From NCBI GenBank assembly GCA_002269645.1, contig NIVC01001932.1, forward strand, positions 1 to 51,163: a stretch of DNA of 51,163 bases. The letters run 5' to 3'. Source of the DNA: Macrostomum lignano. Its lineage: Eukaryota. A program made the translations under genes and the position numbers. The notes under the pieces are model-generated. The model ran no database searches. It saw only the letters and a program-made list of their open reading frames with translations, and had not been told where the DNA came from. Positions 36,401 to 45,515 of the stretch are shown here, piece after piece (position 1 is the stretch's first letter; each line of letters begins with the position of its first letter).

Positions 36401-36663
36401 GTGCCGCCGCCGCCGCCGCTGCTGCCGCGAGTCCTCGTGCTGACGGGCGTCGCCGCAGATTCTTCTTTGGCTCCGGCCTCTTCTGCTTCTCGTACGGCTT
36501 CTTCTCCACCTTCTGCTGCTTTTGCCTGCGAATCTTCTGCTCCCGCATCGGCGCCGCCGTTGCCGTTCGGCGGCGGGCTGGGAGGCTCGCCGGCCGCGGT
36601 GGCCTCCAAGTCGTCTTCGTCGCTGCCGGCCATTCGGCGCGTGGAAGACTGCTTCTTGCGCAT
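33424..36663 (-). CDS. ATRX-type ADD-domain protein lacking the SNF2 helicase, about 855 aa
   Basis: Exons 36663-36031 (MRKKQSS.., ADD: [60 protein letters not shown]), 35718-35057 (Q-rich), 34696-33424 (acidic/Ala-rich, TGA). GT-AG and phases 0 and 2 are consistent. Candidate 5' UTR exon ends at 37758 (donor GTAAGA). The start codon is inferred. Confidence 0.85.
34822..34995. repeat. 34-bp minisatellite in ADD-gene intron 2
   Basis: About 5 copies of atggaaattccc(t/c)(g/a)caaggagaatc(a/c)ac. Confidence 0.9.
35780..35958. repeat. 28-bp minisatellite in ADD-gene intron 1
   Basis: About 6 copies of ggctggcccagcaactgacactctggga. Confidence 0.9.
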
Positions 36664-36796
36664 TGCTGCTTCTGCTGGTGCTGCGTCTGCTTTTGGATTT
36701 GACTTTCTTTTAATAGAAGCAATTAACTGTCTTGCATAAAGTGCAAAGTTATGAAGATAGCGAATCGATTTAACGGTTTTACGAGTAGAATGCAAG

Positions 36797-37650
36797 CTAG
36801 AATCCCAGAATCCTTAAATAGAATCCCAGAATCCCCAACTAGAATGCCAGAATCCCCAACTAGAATCATAGAATCCCCAACTAGAATCCCAGAATCCCCA
36901 ACTAGAATCCCAGAATCCCCAACTAGAATCCCAGAATCCTTAACTAGAATCCCAGAATCCCCAACTAGAATGCCAGAATCCCCAACTAGAATGCCAGAAT
37001 CCCCAACTAGAATCATAGAATCCCTAACTAGAATCCCAGAATCCCCAACTAGAATCCCAGAATCCTTAACTAGAATCCCAGAATCCCCAACTAGAATCCC
37101 AGAATCCCCAACTAGAATCCCAGAATCCCCAACTAGAATCCCAGAATCCTTAACTAGAATCCCAGAATCCCCAACTAGAATCCCAGAATCCCCAACTAGA
37201 ATCCCAGAATCCCCAACTAGAATCCCAGAATCCTTAACTAGAATCCCAGAATCCCCAACTAGAATCCCAGAATCCCCAACTAGAATCCCAGAATCCCCAA
37301 CTAGAATCCCAGAATCCTTAACTAGAATCCCAGAATCCCCAACTAGAATCCCAGAATCCCCAACTAGAATCCCAGAATCCCCAACTAGAATCCCAGAATC
37401 CCCAACTAGAATCCCAGAATCACCTACTACAATCCCAGCATCCCTACCTAGAATCCCAATCCATAAATCCCTAACTAGAATCCCAGAATCCTAGAATCCC
37501 TAGCTAGAATCCCAATCTTTAAGTCCCCAACTAGAATCCCAGAATCCCCAACTAGAATCCCAGAATCCCTAACTAGATTCCCAGAATCCCCAGCTAGAAT
37601 CTCAGAATCCATAGCTAGAATCCTAATCCTTAAATCCCCAACTAGAATCC
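36797..37650. repeat. 21-bp minisatellite upstream of the ADD coding region
   Basis: About 40 copies of agaatcccagaatcc(cc/tt)aact. Confidence 0.95.
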
Positions 37651-38206
37651 CAGAATCCTTCATGCACCAACAATCCCTAACTGTTTTATCATCCTTAAAA
37701 GGATTAGCACTGAGAAAGGCGCATGAAAAAGACACAAATAATGGTCATATTTCTTACGAATCAGTCCACAAGTAAAGCTACGAGTATTAGTATTGCTTCG
37801 CGATCCAGCTAAACTAACATTATTTATACGCTAGAAATTAGACCCACAGTAGCACAAGAAGTCACGCAAAATTTGAGTCAGGGAATGGAAACTGAAGACA
37901 ACAGCGCGGCAGGTAATTAATAAATCAATTAATCAAATAACAAAAAATTGCAAAAGAGAAAACAGAGAGATATATTAAATAGACTCTGGTGTCGCTACAA
38001 AGACTAAGACAATATTGCTTGGACAACATGCAAGGTGCGCAAGAGCGAGTGAGCGATGGACTTGGGCGATTGCGAGTTTAACAAGTTTGTCCGGTGCCGA
38101 TCGCGCATAGACGAGAGCGCAGTGTACAGAGCGGGGCACCAGAGTAAGGCGTGAAAATAGAAAAGCAACCTGTGCAAAAATTTAACGACAAAGATTGATT
38201 AGTCTG

Positions 38207-38690
38207 ATGGGTGTCCGAGTGGGGTTTCCGGTGAATGAGTGTCCGAGAGGGTGTCCGAGTGGGGTGTCCGGTGAATGAGTGTCCGAGTGGGGTTTCCGGT
38301 GAATGAGTGTCCGAGTGGGGTTTCCGGTGAATGAGTGTCCGAGAAAGTGTCCGAGTGGGGTGTCCGGTGAATGAGTGTCCGAGTGGGGTTTCCGGCGAAT
38401 GAGTGTCCGAGAGGGTGTCCGAGTGGGGTTTCCGGTGAATGAGTGTCCGAGAGGGTGTCCGAGTGGGGTGTCCGGTGAATGAGTGTCCGAGTGGGGTTTC
38501 CGGTGAATGAGTGTCCGAGAGGGTGTCTGAGTGGGGTGTCCGGTGTATGAGTGTCCAAATGGGGTGTCCGGTAAATGAGTCTCCGAGTGGGGTGGCCAGT
38601 GTATGAGTGTCTGAGTGGGGTGTCCGAGTGGGTGTCCGGTAAATGAGTCTCCGAGTGGGGTGTCCCGTGTATGAGTGTCCGAGTTGGGTG
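38207..38690. repeat. Composite 28-bp/12-bp minisatellite
   Basis: gtgtccgagtgggg(t/g)ttccggtgaatga interspersed with gtgtccgagagg. Confidence 0.9.
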
Positions 38691-39047
38691 ACCGATGGAT
38701 GATTGTGTCAGTTTTAGGCAGAAATTTAACCATAATAATATTTTTAAAAACCATACGAAAATCCAAGCTTGCAAGCCGCGGCAATATTCAGCGAATTCAA
38801 ATACGAGTTTAAATTTTCCAGACACGAAACTGCGGTGTCATTAATCTTAATTGCATGCGAAAATGCACCGTAAAAATTGTGTGCAAATGTTGCGCAGTGT
38901 TGCACCAGAAACGTAAAAAATAGCTAAACAAGAAACTCATCATCTCTGCTATCAAATAACAGCAGAAAACATGCGCAAGAAAACAAACAAAAATAGTCGG
39001 TTCATCATTTAGCCGAAAAGATCTGCGCAGAGCATGCAATCAAGAAA

Positions 39048-39480
39048 ACATCTGGACTGGCGGAGTGGGGTGGGGACTCTGCCTTCTGCGTACATCTGGA
39101 CTGGCGGAGTGGGGTGGGGACTCTGCCTTCTGCGTACATCTGGACTGGTGGAGTGGGGTGGGGACTCTGCCTTCTGCGTACATCTGGACTGGCGGAGTGG
39201 GGTGGGGACTCTGCCTTCTGCGTACATCTGGACTGGCGGAGTGGGGTGGGGACTCTTTGCCTTATGCGTACATCTGGACTGGGTTAGGGTTAGGGTTAGG
39301 GTTAGGGTTAACATCTGGACTGGCGGAGTGAGGTGGGGGCTCTCTGCCTTCTGCGAACATCTGGACTGGAGAAGTGGGTGGGGGCTCTCTGCCTTCTGCG
39401 TACATCTGGACTGGTGGTTTGGGGTGGGGGCTCTCTGCCTTCTGCGTACATCTGGACTGACGGAGTGGGTCGTGGGCTCT
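39048..39480. repeat. 44-46-bp minisatellite
   Basis: About 9 copies of acatctggactggcggagtggggtggggactctgccttctgcgt. Confidence 0.95.
39281..39310 (+). repeat. Interstitial telomeric tract (GGGTTA)5
   Basis: Five perfect telomeric hexamers inside one minisatellite unit, flanked by ACATCTGGACTGG at 39270-39282 and 39311-39323. Confidence 0.92.
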
Positions 39481-39901
39481 GCCTGCTGCGGGCAACAAAA
39501 ACACGGAAATCCAACCAGAGGGCAGTAAAATTAGGACTCAAGATTAAATCTTAATTATTGAAATAATTACAAAATTATAAACATATGACCTCTAAAATTG
39601 CTTTAGAGAGGTCAAATTGCAAAGCAGTGAAACGCGAACAGTTATTAAAAGAGGTGAACAAGTGGCGAATAAGATGGAGGAAGTTGGAAGTTGAAGAATC
39701 TCATACGGAAATACAGGTCTGACGAGATCAGACCCCGTCTCACTATGGGGAAATCTTGGTCAAGAAAAACGCCAAAGCAAATTCAGGGGAATTCATGCAG
39801 AAAAACCCGGCGAAATTCAGGTTATGCTTTGAAAGAGATTAAACAGAAACACAGTCAGCTGTTCTATATCTAAAAAAGGAGAAAGTACAACGGTGCGTAT
39901 C

Positions 39902-41572
39902 TCAGATGCGCAGGGCGGACACCAGCTCGTTGATGCCGCCGGCAGCGCCGCCCTCCGGCACGCAGCTGGTCAGAACGAAGTCAAAGAAGCTGGCGGAGGC
40001 CCCCCGATCCGGGCCGGACGTGAGGAAGCTGTGCTGCAGCAGCGCCCGGTACTTGGGCCGCCTCTGCACATCCTTGGTCAGGCAGAAGTTTACAAAGTTG
40101 TGCGCGTTGGCGCTGAACCGTTCGTCCGTCAGGCGCGGCGGGTCGCTTTTTACCACCTGCAAAGTTGCCGAGTTGCTTGTGATTCACCAAAGCTACCTGT
40201 GAGTCACCAAAGCTACATGTGAGTCACCAAAGCTACCTGTGAGTCACCAAAGCTACCTGTGAGTCAACAAAGCTACCTGTGAGTCACCAAAGCTACCTGT
40301 GAGTCACCAAAGCTACCTGTGAGTCACCAAAGCTACCTGTACACCCTCAAAGACACCAGTGCTTACCTGCTCGAGCTGCTCAAACATGGTGCTCCACTGC
40401 TTGTAGGGGAAGCGGCCGGTGCAGAGCTCGTACAGGGAGATGCCCAGAGACCAGATGTCGCTGCGTACATCGTAGCCGTCCTGCATTCGCTGATGGTCGA
40501 TACGCTCGGGGCCATGTATGGCCGGCAGCCGGCGTCCCGGGTCTTGGCGATGCTGTCCACCAGGTTTCCAGCGATGCCAAAGTCGCACAGCTTCACTTGG
40601 CCAGAGCGGTCGGCCAGGATGTTGCTGGGCTTCACGTCTCTGCGGTTGTGGTGAAGAGACAGCTAATTGCGAATTCCTTTCTATGTACTTTACACCTGGA
40701 TCTGTATCTGCGGTTACATCTAAATGGGGATTTTTAATATCTGAATGGGGATTTGCAATATCTGAATGGGGATTTGCAATATCTGAATGGGGATTTGCAA
40801 TATCTGAATGGGGATTTGCAATATCTGAATAGGAATTTTAAATATCTGCATGGGGATTGCAAATATCTGGGAATTTCAATATCTCATTGGAGAAACCAAA
40901 CACCAAGAACCACTGAACTTACCTATGCATCATCTTGAGATGCTCTTTCAGGTAGTTCAAGGCAGACACAGTGCAGTAGGCAATCGAGGCAATCACGGGC
41001 TCGGGAATGTGAGTCATGAGATGGTGATACACCACCCGGTACAGCTTGTCCAGGCTGGTGTCCATCAGCTCCATGCAGATCCAGCAGTCGCCCTCCTTGA
41101 ACAGGGCCCCGTAGGACTTGGCAATGAACTCGCAGTCGCAGTTGACAACAATGCTGAGCTCTGCCAGCATGTTCTTCTGCGTGCGCTCGTCCACGGTGGA
41201 CCGGATGCGCTTGACGGCCAGCGGGATGCCAGTGGGGATGTACCGCATGCTGTTCACCGTGCCGAATGCGCCCCGGCCGATCTCGCCGAGGTCTTCAAGG
41301 TCGTCGACGCTGAAATCTCGCTCGACATTCGGCGATGCGGCGGAGTCGGCGGTTGCCGAGGCGTCGCTGTCAGACGGAGACGGCAGCTTCAGCTTGCCGA
41401 CAGCCGGCATTGAGGACAGGCAGGACAGCTGCGGCTGCAGGCCGGTGGTCACCGAGCGGCAGTCGTTGCCGGTCGCTGCTGCCGTAGCAGCCGCCGCCGC
41501 TGCCGCTGCGGCTGCCGCTGCCGCGATGGGCAGCTCGAAGCGGGGCTTCTGCAGTTTGCTCTTGTCGCCCAT
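39902..41572 (-). CDS. MAP2K4: Dual-specificity MAP kinase kinase 4 (MKK4/SEK1), about 392 aa, with a 1-nt frameshift
   Basis: Exons 41572-40923 (GEIGRGAFGTV, AVKRIRSTVDE, GDCWICMELMDTSLDK), 40639-40367 (HRDVKPSN, DFG, activation loop VDSIAKTRDAGCRPYMAP; SIAKT is MKK4-type), 40156-39902. The frame breaks at 40507-40511 (YMAP|ERID). Candidate upstream exon 42371-42347. Confidence 0.9.
40183..40340. repeat. 20-bp minisatellite in MAP2K4 intron 2
   Basis: About 8 copies of gtgagtcaccaaagctacct. Confidence 0.95.
40737..40862. repeat. 21-bp minisatellite in MAP2K4 intron 1
   Basis: About 5-6 copies of atatctgaatggggatttgca. Confidence 0.9.
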
Positions 41573-41716
41573 GGGAGCGCCGCAGAGTGCAGTGGAGAGG
41601 CGGTTGCTGGCGTGGAGGTGCTGCGCGCTGGGGGCTCGGGGACGGACTGGGCTGGAGGATGGGCGAGTGGGCGGAGTTCGCGGTTGAGTTGTGAGGATTG
41701 AGCAGGATTTCTTTGT

Positions 41717-42342
41717 CTGTCTGAGCATCTATGAGGAGGCTGTCTGAGCATCTATGAGGGAGGCTGTCTGAGCATCTATGAGGGTGCCTGTCTGGACATC
41801 TATGAGGGTGGCTGTCTGGACATCTATGAGGGTGGCTGTCTGGACATCTATGAGGGTGCCTGTCTGAGCATCTATGAGGGTGCCTGTCTGAGTATCTACG
41901 AGGGTGCCTGTCTGAGTATATAGGAGTTTGGAGGGCGGCTGTTTGGGGAGCTGGGAGGGCGGTTGTTTGAGGAGCTGGGAGGGTGGCTGTCTGAGAAGCT
42001 GGGAGGGTGCCTGTTTGAGGAGCTGGGAGGGCGGCTGTTTGAGTAGCTGGGAGGGTGCCTGTTTGAGGAGCTGGGAGGGTGCCTGTTTGAGGAGCTGGGA
42101 GGGTGCCTGTTTGAGGAGCTGGGAGGGTGCCTGTTTGAGGAGCTGGGAGGGCGGCTGTTTGAGGAGCTGGGAGGGCGGCTGTTTGAGGAGCTGGGAGGGT
42201 GCCTGTTTGAGGAGCTGGGAGGGCGGCTGTTTGAGTAGCTTGGAGGGTGCTGTTTGAGGAGCTGGGAGGGCGGCTGTTTGAGTAGCTGGGAGGGTGCCTG
42301 TTTGAGGAGCTGGGAGGGCGGCTGTCTGAGAAGCTGGGAGGG
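41717..42342. repeat. Two related 23-24-bp minisatellites in the probable MAP2K4 5' intron
   Basis: tgtctg(ag/ga)catctatgagggtgcc (41717-41920), then gctgggagggtgcctgtttgagga (41925-42342); the two units share gagggtgcctgt. Confidence 0.9.
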
Positions 42343-42950
42343 TTACCTATTGATACTTGTGGAAGAGCCGTCTTATAAGCAATTCAGTAAATATATATAA
42401 TTATCGAAAACAACTGATTTCACTTTCTTATATATGAAAAGTTTTTAAACGCAAATTTTTGACATGCTTTATATTTAGGTTATTAATGCGTAGCATACCA
42501 AAGTGAAGACTGGTTAGAGTAAAAGTAGTTGCCGTAGATAATTGTTGGTCAGTCTAGCACCGGAGCTGATGAACTGATAAATGGCATAAATAAATTAATA
42601 CCTTTTGTATAAAGCATGAGATGTGTGGAAATGCTGCAAAGCACACTACTTGGTAGCTTAAATAATGATTGTGTCAAGGTGTAAAAATAAGTAGGAAAAT
42701 TTAAAATTGCTTTGAAACAATTGGCGTAATGCAGTATAAAGCCAAATAATAAAGACTGCAAGAGTACTCAACTAATTAAGTGACTGCATGTACTTTTCAG
42801 TTATTCACCTGCAGTTTACAACTGCATACGCAGTCTAGAGAGACTAAATTCAGAGATGGATAGCAAGCAGAGCTGTACGACTTGTAGCCAAGATGTTGGA
42901 ATTCAGACTAAATAAGTTCAACTTTTCATACAGATACTGACAGGAAGATA

Positions 42951-43103
42951 GGATCAGAATCCTCAGATGTGATTGCAGCTCTCGTATTGAGCTATGGGGA
43001 TCAGAATCCTCAGATATGATTGCAGCTCTCGTATTGAGCTATGGGGATCAGAATCCTCAGATGTGATTGCAGCTCTCGTATTGAGCTATGGGGATCAGAA
43101 TCC
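42951..43103. repeat. 47-bp tandem repeat downstream of the shugoshin-like gene
   Basis: About 3.3 copies of ggatcagaatcctcagatgtgattgcagctctcgtattgagctatgg. Confidence 0.9.
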
Positions 43104-43250
43104 TTAATTAAATCAAAGCTATCTGTTACTATGAAACTAGTTTACATATTAACGATTATCCCATTAGTTGCAATCATCCAATGGTTAAAGTTCCGGTAGG
43201 GATGCCTCAGAGGTAGGAAAAACCAAGCCAAATACGCATAAATTTCCCCA

Positions 43251-45515
43251 TCACTTGTCGCAGCGTCGCAGTTTCGTATTAACGCTGGGCTCCTTGTAGT
43301 TGACGGCCGCCGCTCGTTGACGGCGAGGCCGCAGAGGCGCTGACGAGTTGACGGCGGCAGCCTCGCCGGTCAGGTCGGCGCACGCAGCGGACGATTCCGC
43401 CGAGGCGACGGTGGTGGCGGTTGAAGACTGCTTCCGGCGATGCCGCTTGGTGGCGGGCGCTTCGTCGGCAGCGGCGGGCGGCGCCATCAGAGACGAGCGG
43501 CGCGGCGCGCTGGTCTTCGCCGCGGACGGCGGAGACAGCAGGGGCTTCGGCAGCAGGGAGGGCCTGGGAGCAACGCGCAGCTCGCGAGTCAGCACCTTCG
43601 CTGTCAAGGAGCAAGCGGCCGCGTCACCCATCGCGGTGGACACGGAGGCTCGAGCAGTGTCCGGCCAATCGGGAAGCTCGGCGAAGTCCGGCTGATCAGG
43701 CAAGGTTGACAGCCTCGGATGCGGTGGCGGCGACAAGACAAGCGCGTGTCGAACGTCCAGGACAATGGCTGGCGGCGACGGAGGTGGCGGCGGCGAGGGA
43801 GGCGATGGAGTCGCTGTGGATGGCGGAGGCTGGTTGATGACGAAGGTTCCCCGACGCTGGTGACTGCCAGCAGCGCGGTTGGCGACCGGGCGCCTCTGCT
43901 GTATGGATGGCGCCAGCTGCTTGCCGATGAGCTTCAACGATGAGGTCGGCGAGAGCGTCGCTGGCCGAGGCTCTGACGGCGCCTGCGGAGACGGCGGTGA
44001 AAGCTGGTCGAAAGTGGCGTTGCCGTTGCCGCTGGCAGCAGCGCTGGTGTCGGCGCCGCACTTAGGCGGAGTTCGAGCCAGCCGGTGCCGGGGGATGAAA
44101 GGGTTCTCCGTCGGGTTTTGAAGCTCTTCGGCTGACCGCTGGTGGACTTGCGATTTCTGCTCCTGGTTTCGAACGAATTGACTGCGCCTTTGAGGCCTCC
44201 GCTGCTGCTTTGGCTGCGGCTTTAACTTTAAAGCCTTCCGTTGCAACCCAGCTGCGGGCTTGTTCTGTTCCGCCGGTATCTCTGGCAGCTGGTTCAACTC
44301 CTGCTGAACTTCCATTGACTCGTGTGGCAGAGAGTGGCGCGACTTCTCATGCCGACTCTGATTGGACTGATTCAGCTGCTGTTGTTGTGGTTTATCCTGC
44401 TGTTGTTGTTGAGGTTTATCCTGATGTTGTTGTTGAGGTTTATCCTGCTGTTGTTGTTGAGGTTTATCCTGATGTTGTTGTTGAGGTTTATCCTGCTGTT
44501 GTTGTTGAGGTTTATCCTGCTGTTGTTGTTGAGGTTTATCCTGTTGTTGTTGTTGAGGTTTATCCTGCTGTTGTTGTTGAGGTTTATCCTGTTGTTGTTG
44601 TTGAGGTTTATCCTGCTGTTGTTGTTGAGGTTTATCCTGTTGTTGTTGAGGTTTATCCTGTTGTTGTTGTTGAGGTTTATCCTGATGTTGTTGTTGAGGT
44701 TTATCCTGCTGTTGTTGTTGAGGTTTATCCTGCTCAAGAAACGCGACCTGATCATTCGGCAAGGATCCTCTCGCTGAGCAATTCAAGCTGGCCCTCCCAG
44801 CCGCCTCGGAGCACTCCATCAGCGGCGTCAGCTGCCTTGACAGCTGCTGTTTGATAACCAATGACTCGCTGCTGGACTCACCCGATGCGGCAAGGCCAGG
44901 CGCCGGTTCGATCACAACAGTTCGACGGGACTTCAGCACAGCTGTAGTAGATTTTGGCACAGCTGCACCACTCTCACTGCTACTTTGAGTAGTAGTAGTA
45001 GTAGTGGATTGGGGCTGCAAATCTTGACTGACAGTTGCGGCAACGGTAGCCACTGGAAGACGAGACTCGGCAGCAGCCGCATCCTTGGTTGGTGGCGCGG
45101 CCAGGGCCAGCTCATCCAGAGCAGACTGGCTGAGCTGCACACATTTTGACAGGTGCTCAAGCGACAGGATAGCCTGAGAATGCACCTCCATAAACATGGC
45201 CCGACAATTGTTAACATTAGCAAGGCACCTGCGCAGGCTGCTGTTCTCCAGCTCAAGCTGCTTCACTCGGGCAGTGAGACTCGCCACCTGATCGTGCGCC
45301 AGCTTCTGCTGAGCTTGCAGGGCCCTCTCCTTGCCAGCAGCTGCAGCATTGCAGCTCATCAGCGGTGCAATCCTGTTCTCTTTCAGACCTTCATCTCGCA
45401 CGTGTCTGGCCAAGTTGGATGCGCCAGCAATGGCGCGCCCGGAGCTGCCAGGCCTGGCACTGGCGCCGCCATGATACTGAGTGCGGTGCTTCAGAGCCGC
45501 GCTTGCTAATGGCAT
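43251..45515 (-). CDS. Sgo: Shugoshin-like protein, 754 aa
   Basis: Single ORF with an N-terminal coiled coil (VASLTARVKQLELENSSLRRCL) and a C-terminal basic SGO motif RPRRQRAAAVNYKEPSVNTKLRRCD (compare Sgo1 RR...VNYKEP.L..KLRRGD). The N-terminal motif match is weak. Confidence 0.78.
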   Translation of the reverse strand: MPLASAALKHRTQYHGGASARPGSSGRAIAGASNLARHVRDEGLKENRIAPLMSCNAAAAGKERALQAQQKLAHDQVASLTARVKQLELENSSLRRCLANVNNCRAMFMEVHSQAILSLEHLSKCVQLSQSALDELALAAPPTKDAAAAESRLPVATVAATVSQDLQPQSTTTTTTQSSSESGAAVPKSTTAVLKSRRTVVIEPAPGLAASGESSSESLVIKQQLSRQLTPLMECSEAAGRASLNCSARGSLPNDQVAFLEQDKPQQQQQDKPQQQHQDKPQQQQQDKPQQQQDKPQQQQQDKPQQQQQDKPQQQQQDKPQQQQQDKPQQQQQDKPQQQQQDKPQQQHQDKPQQQQQDKPQQQHQDKPQQQQQDKPQQQQLNQSNQSRHEKSRHSLPHESMEVQQELNQLPEIPAEQNKPAAGLQRKALKLKPQPKQQRRPQRRSQFVRNQEQKSQVHQRSAEELQNPTENPFIPRHRLARTPPKCGADTSAAASGNGNATFDQLSPPSPQAPSEPRPATLSPTSSLKLIGKQLAPSIQQRRPVANRAAGSHQRRGTFVINQPPPSTATPSPPSPPPPPSPPAIVLDVRHALVLSPPPHPRLSTLPDQPDFAELPDWPDTARASVSTAMGDAAACSLTAKVLTRELRVAPRPSLLPKPLLSPPSAAKTSAPRRSSLMAPPAAADEAPATKRHRRKQSSTATTVASAESSAACADLTGEAAAVNSSAPLRPRRQRAAAVNYKEPSVNTKLRRCDK
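44378..44733 (-). repeat. 24-27-bp repeat encoding (QDKPQQQQ)n within the Sgo ORF
   Basis: About 13 units of caggataaacctcaacaacaacagcag-like sequence on the - strand. Confidence 0.92.

Noticed and set aside
33487-36739. Long + strand ORFs antisense to the ADD gene (and similar ones opposite MAP2K4, Sgo and paramyosin)
   Set aside because: Expected shadows of GC-rich coding sequence.
36723-39554. Repetitive ORFs (RIPESPT, HSDTHS, WRSGVG)
   Set aside because: Minisatellite translations.
24436-41572. Paramyosin and MAP2K4 (and TRIM37) linkage echoing the human chromosome 17 MYH cluster/MAP2K4
   Set aside because: Paramyosin is not the orthologue of the vertebrate MYH cluster, and a single window cannot establish synteny.
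33424-45515. Possible SL trans-spliced operon Sgo - MAP2K4 - ADD (all on - strand)
   Set aside because: The gaps are 1.7-3.2 kb and both downstream genes have plausible cis donors upstream (42347, 37758). It cannot be supported without SL-read data.
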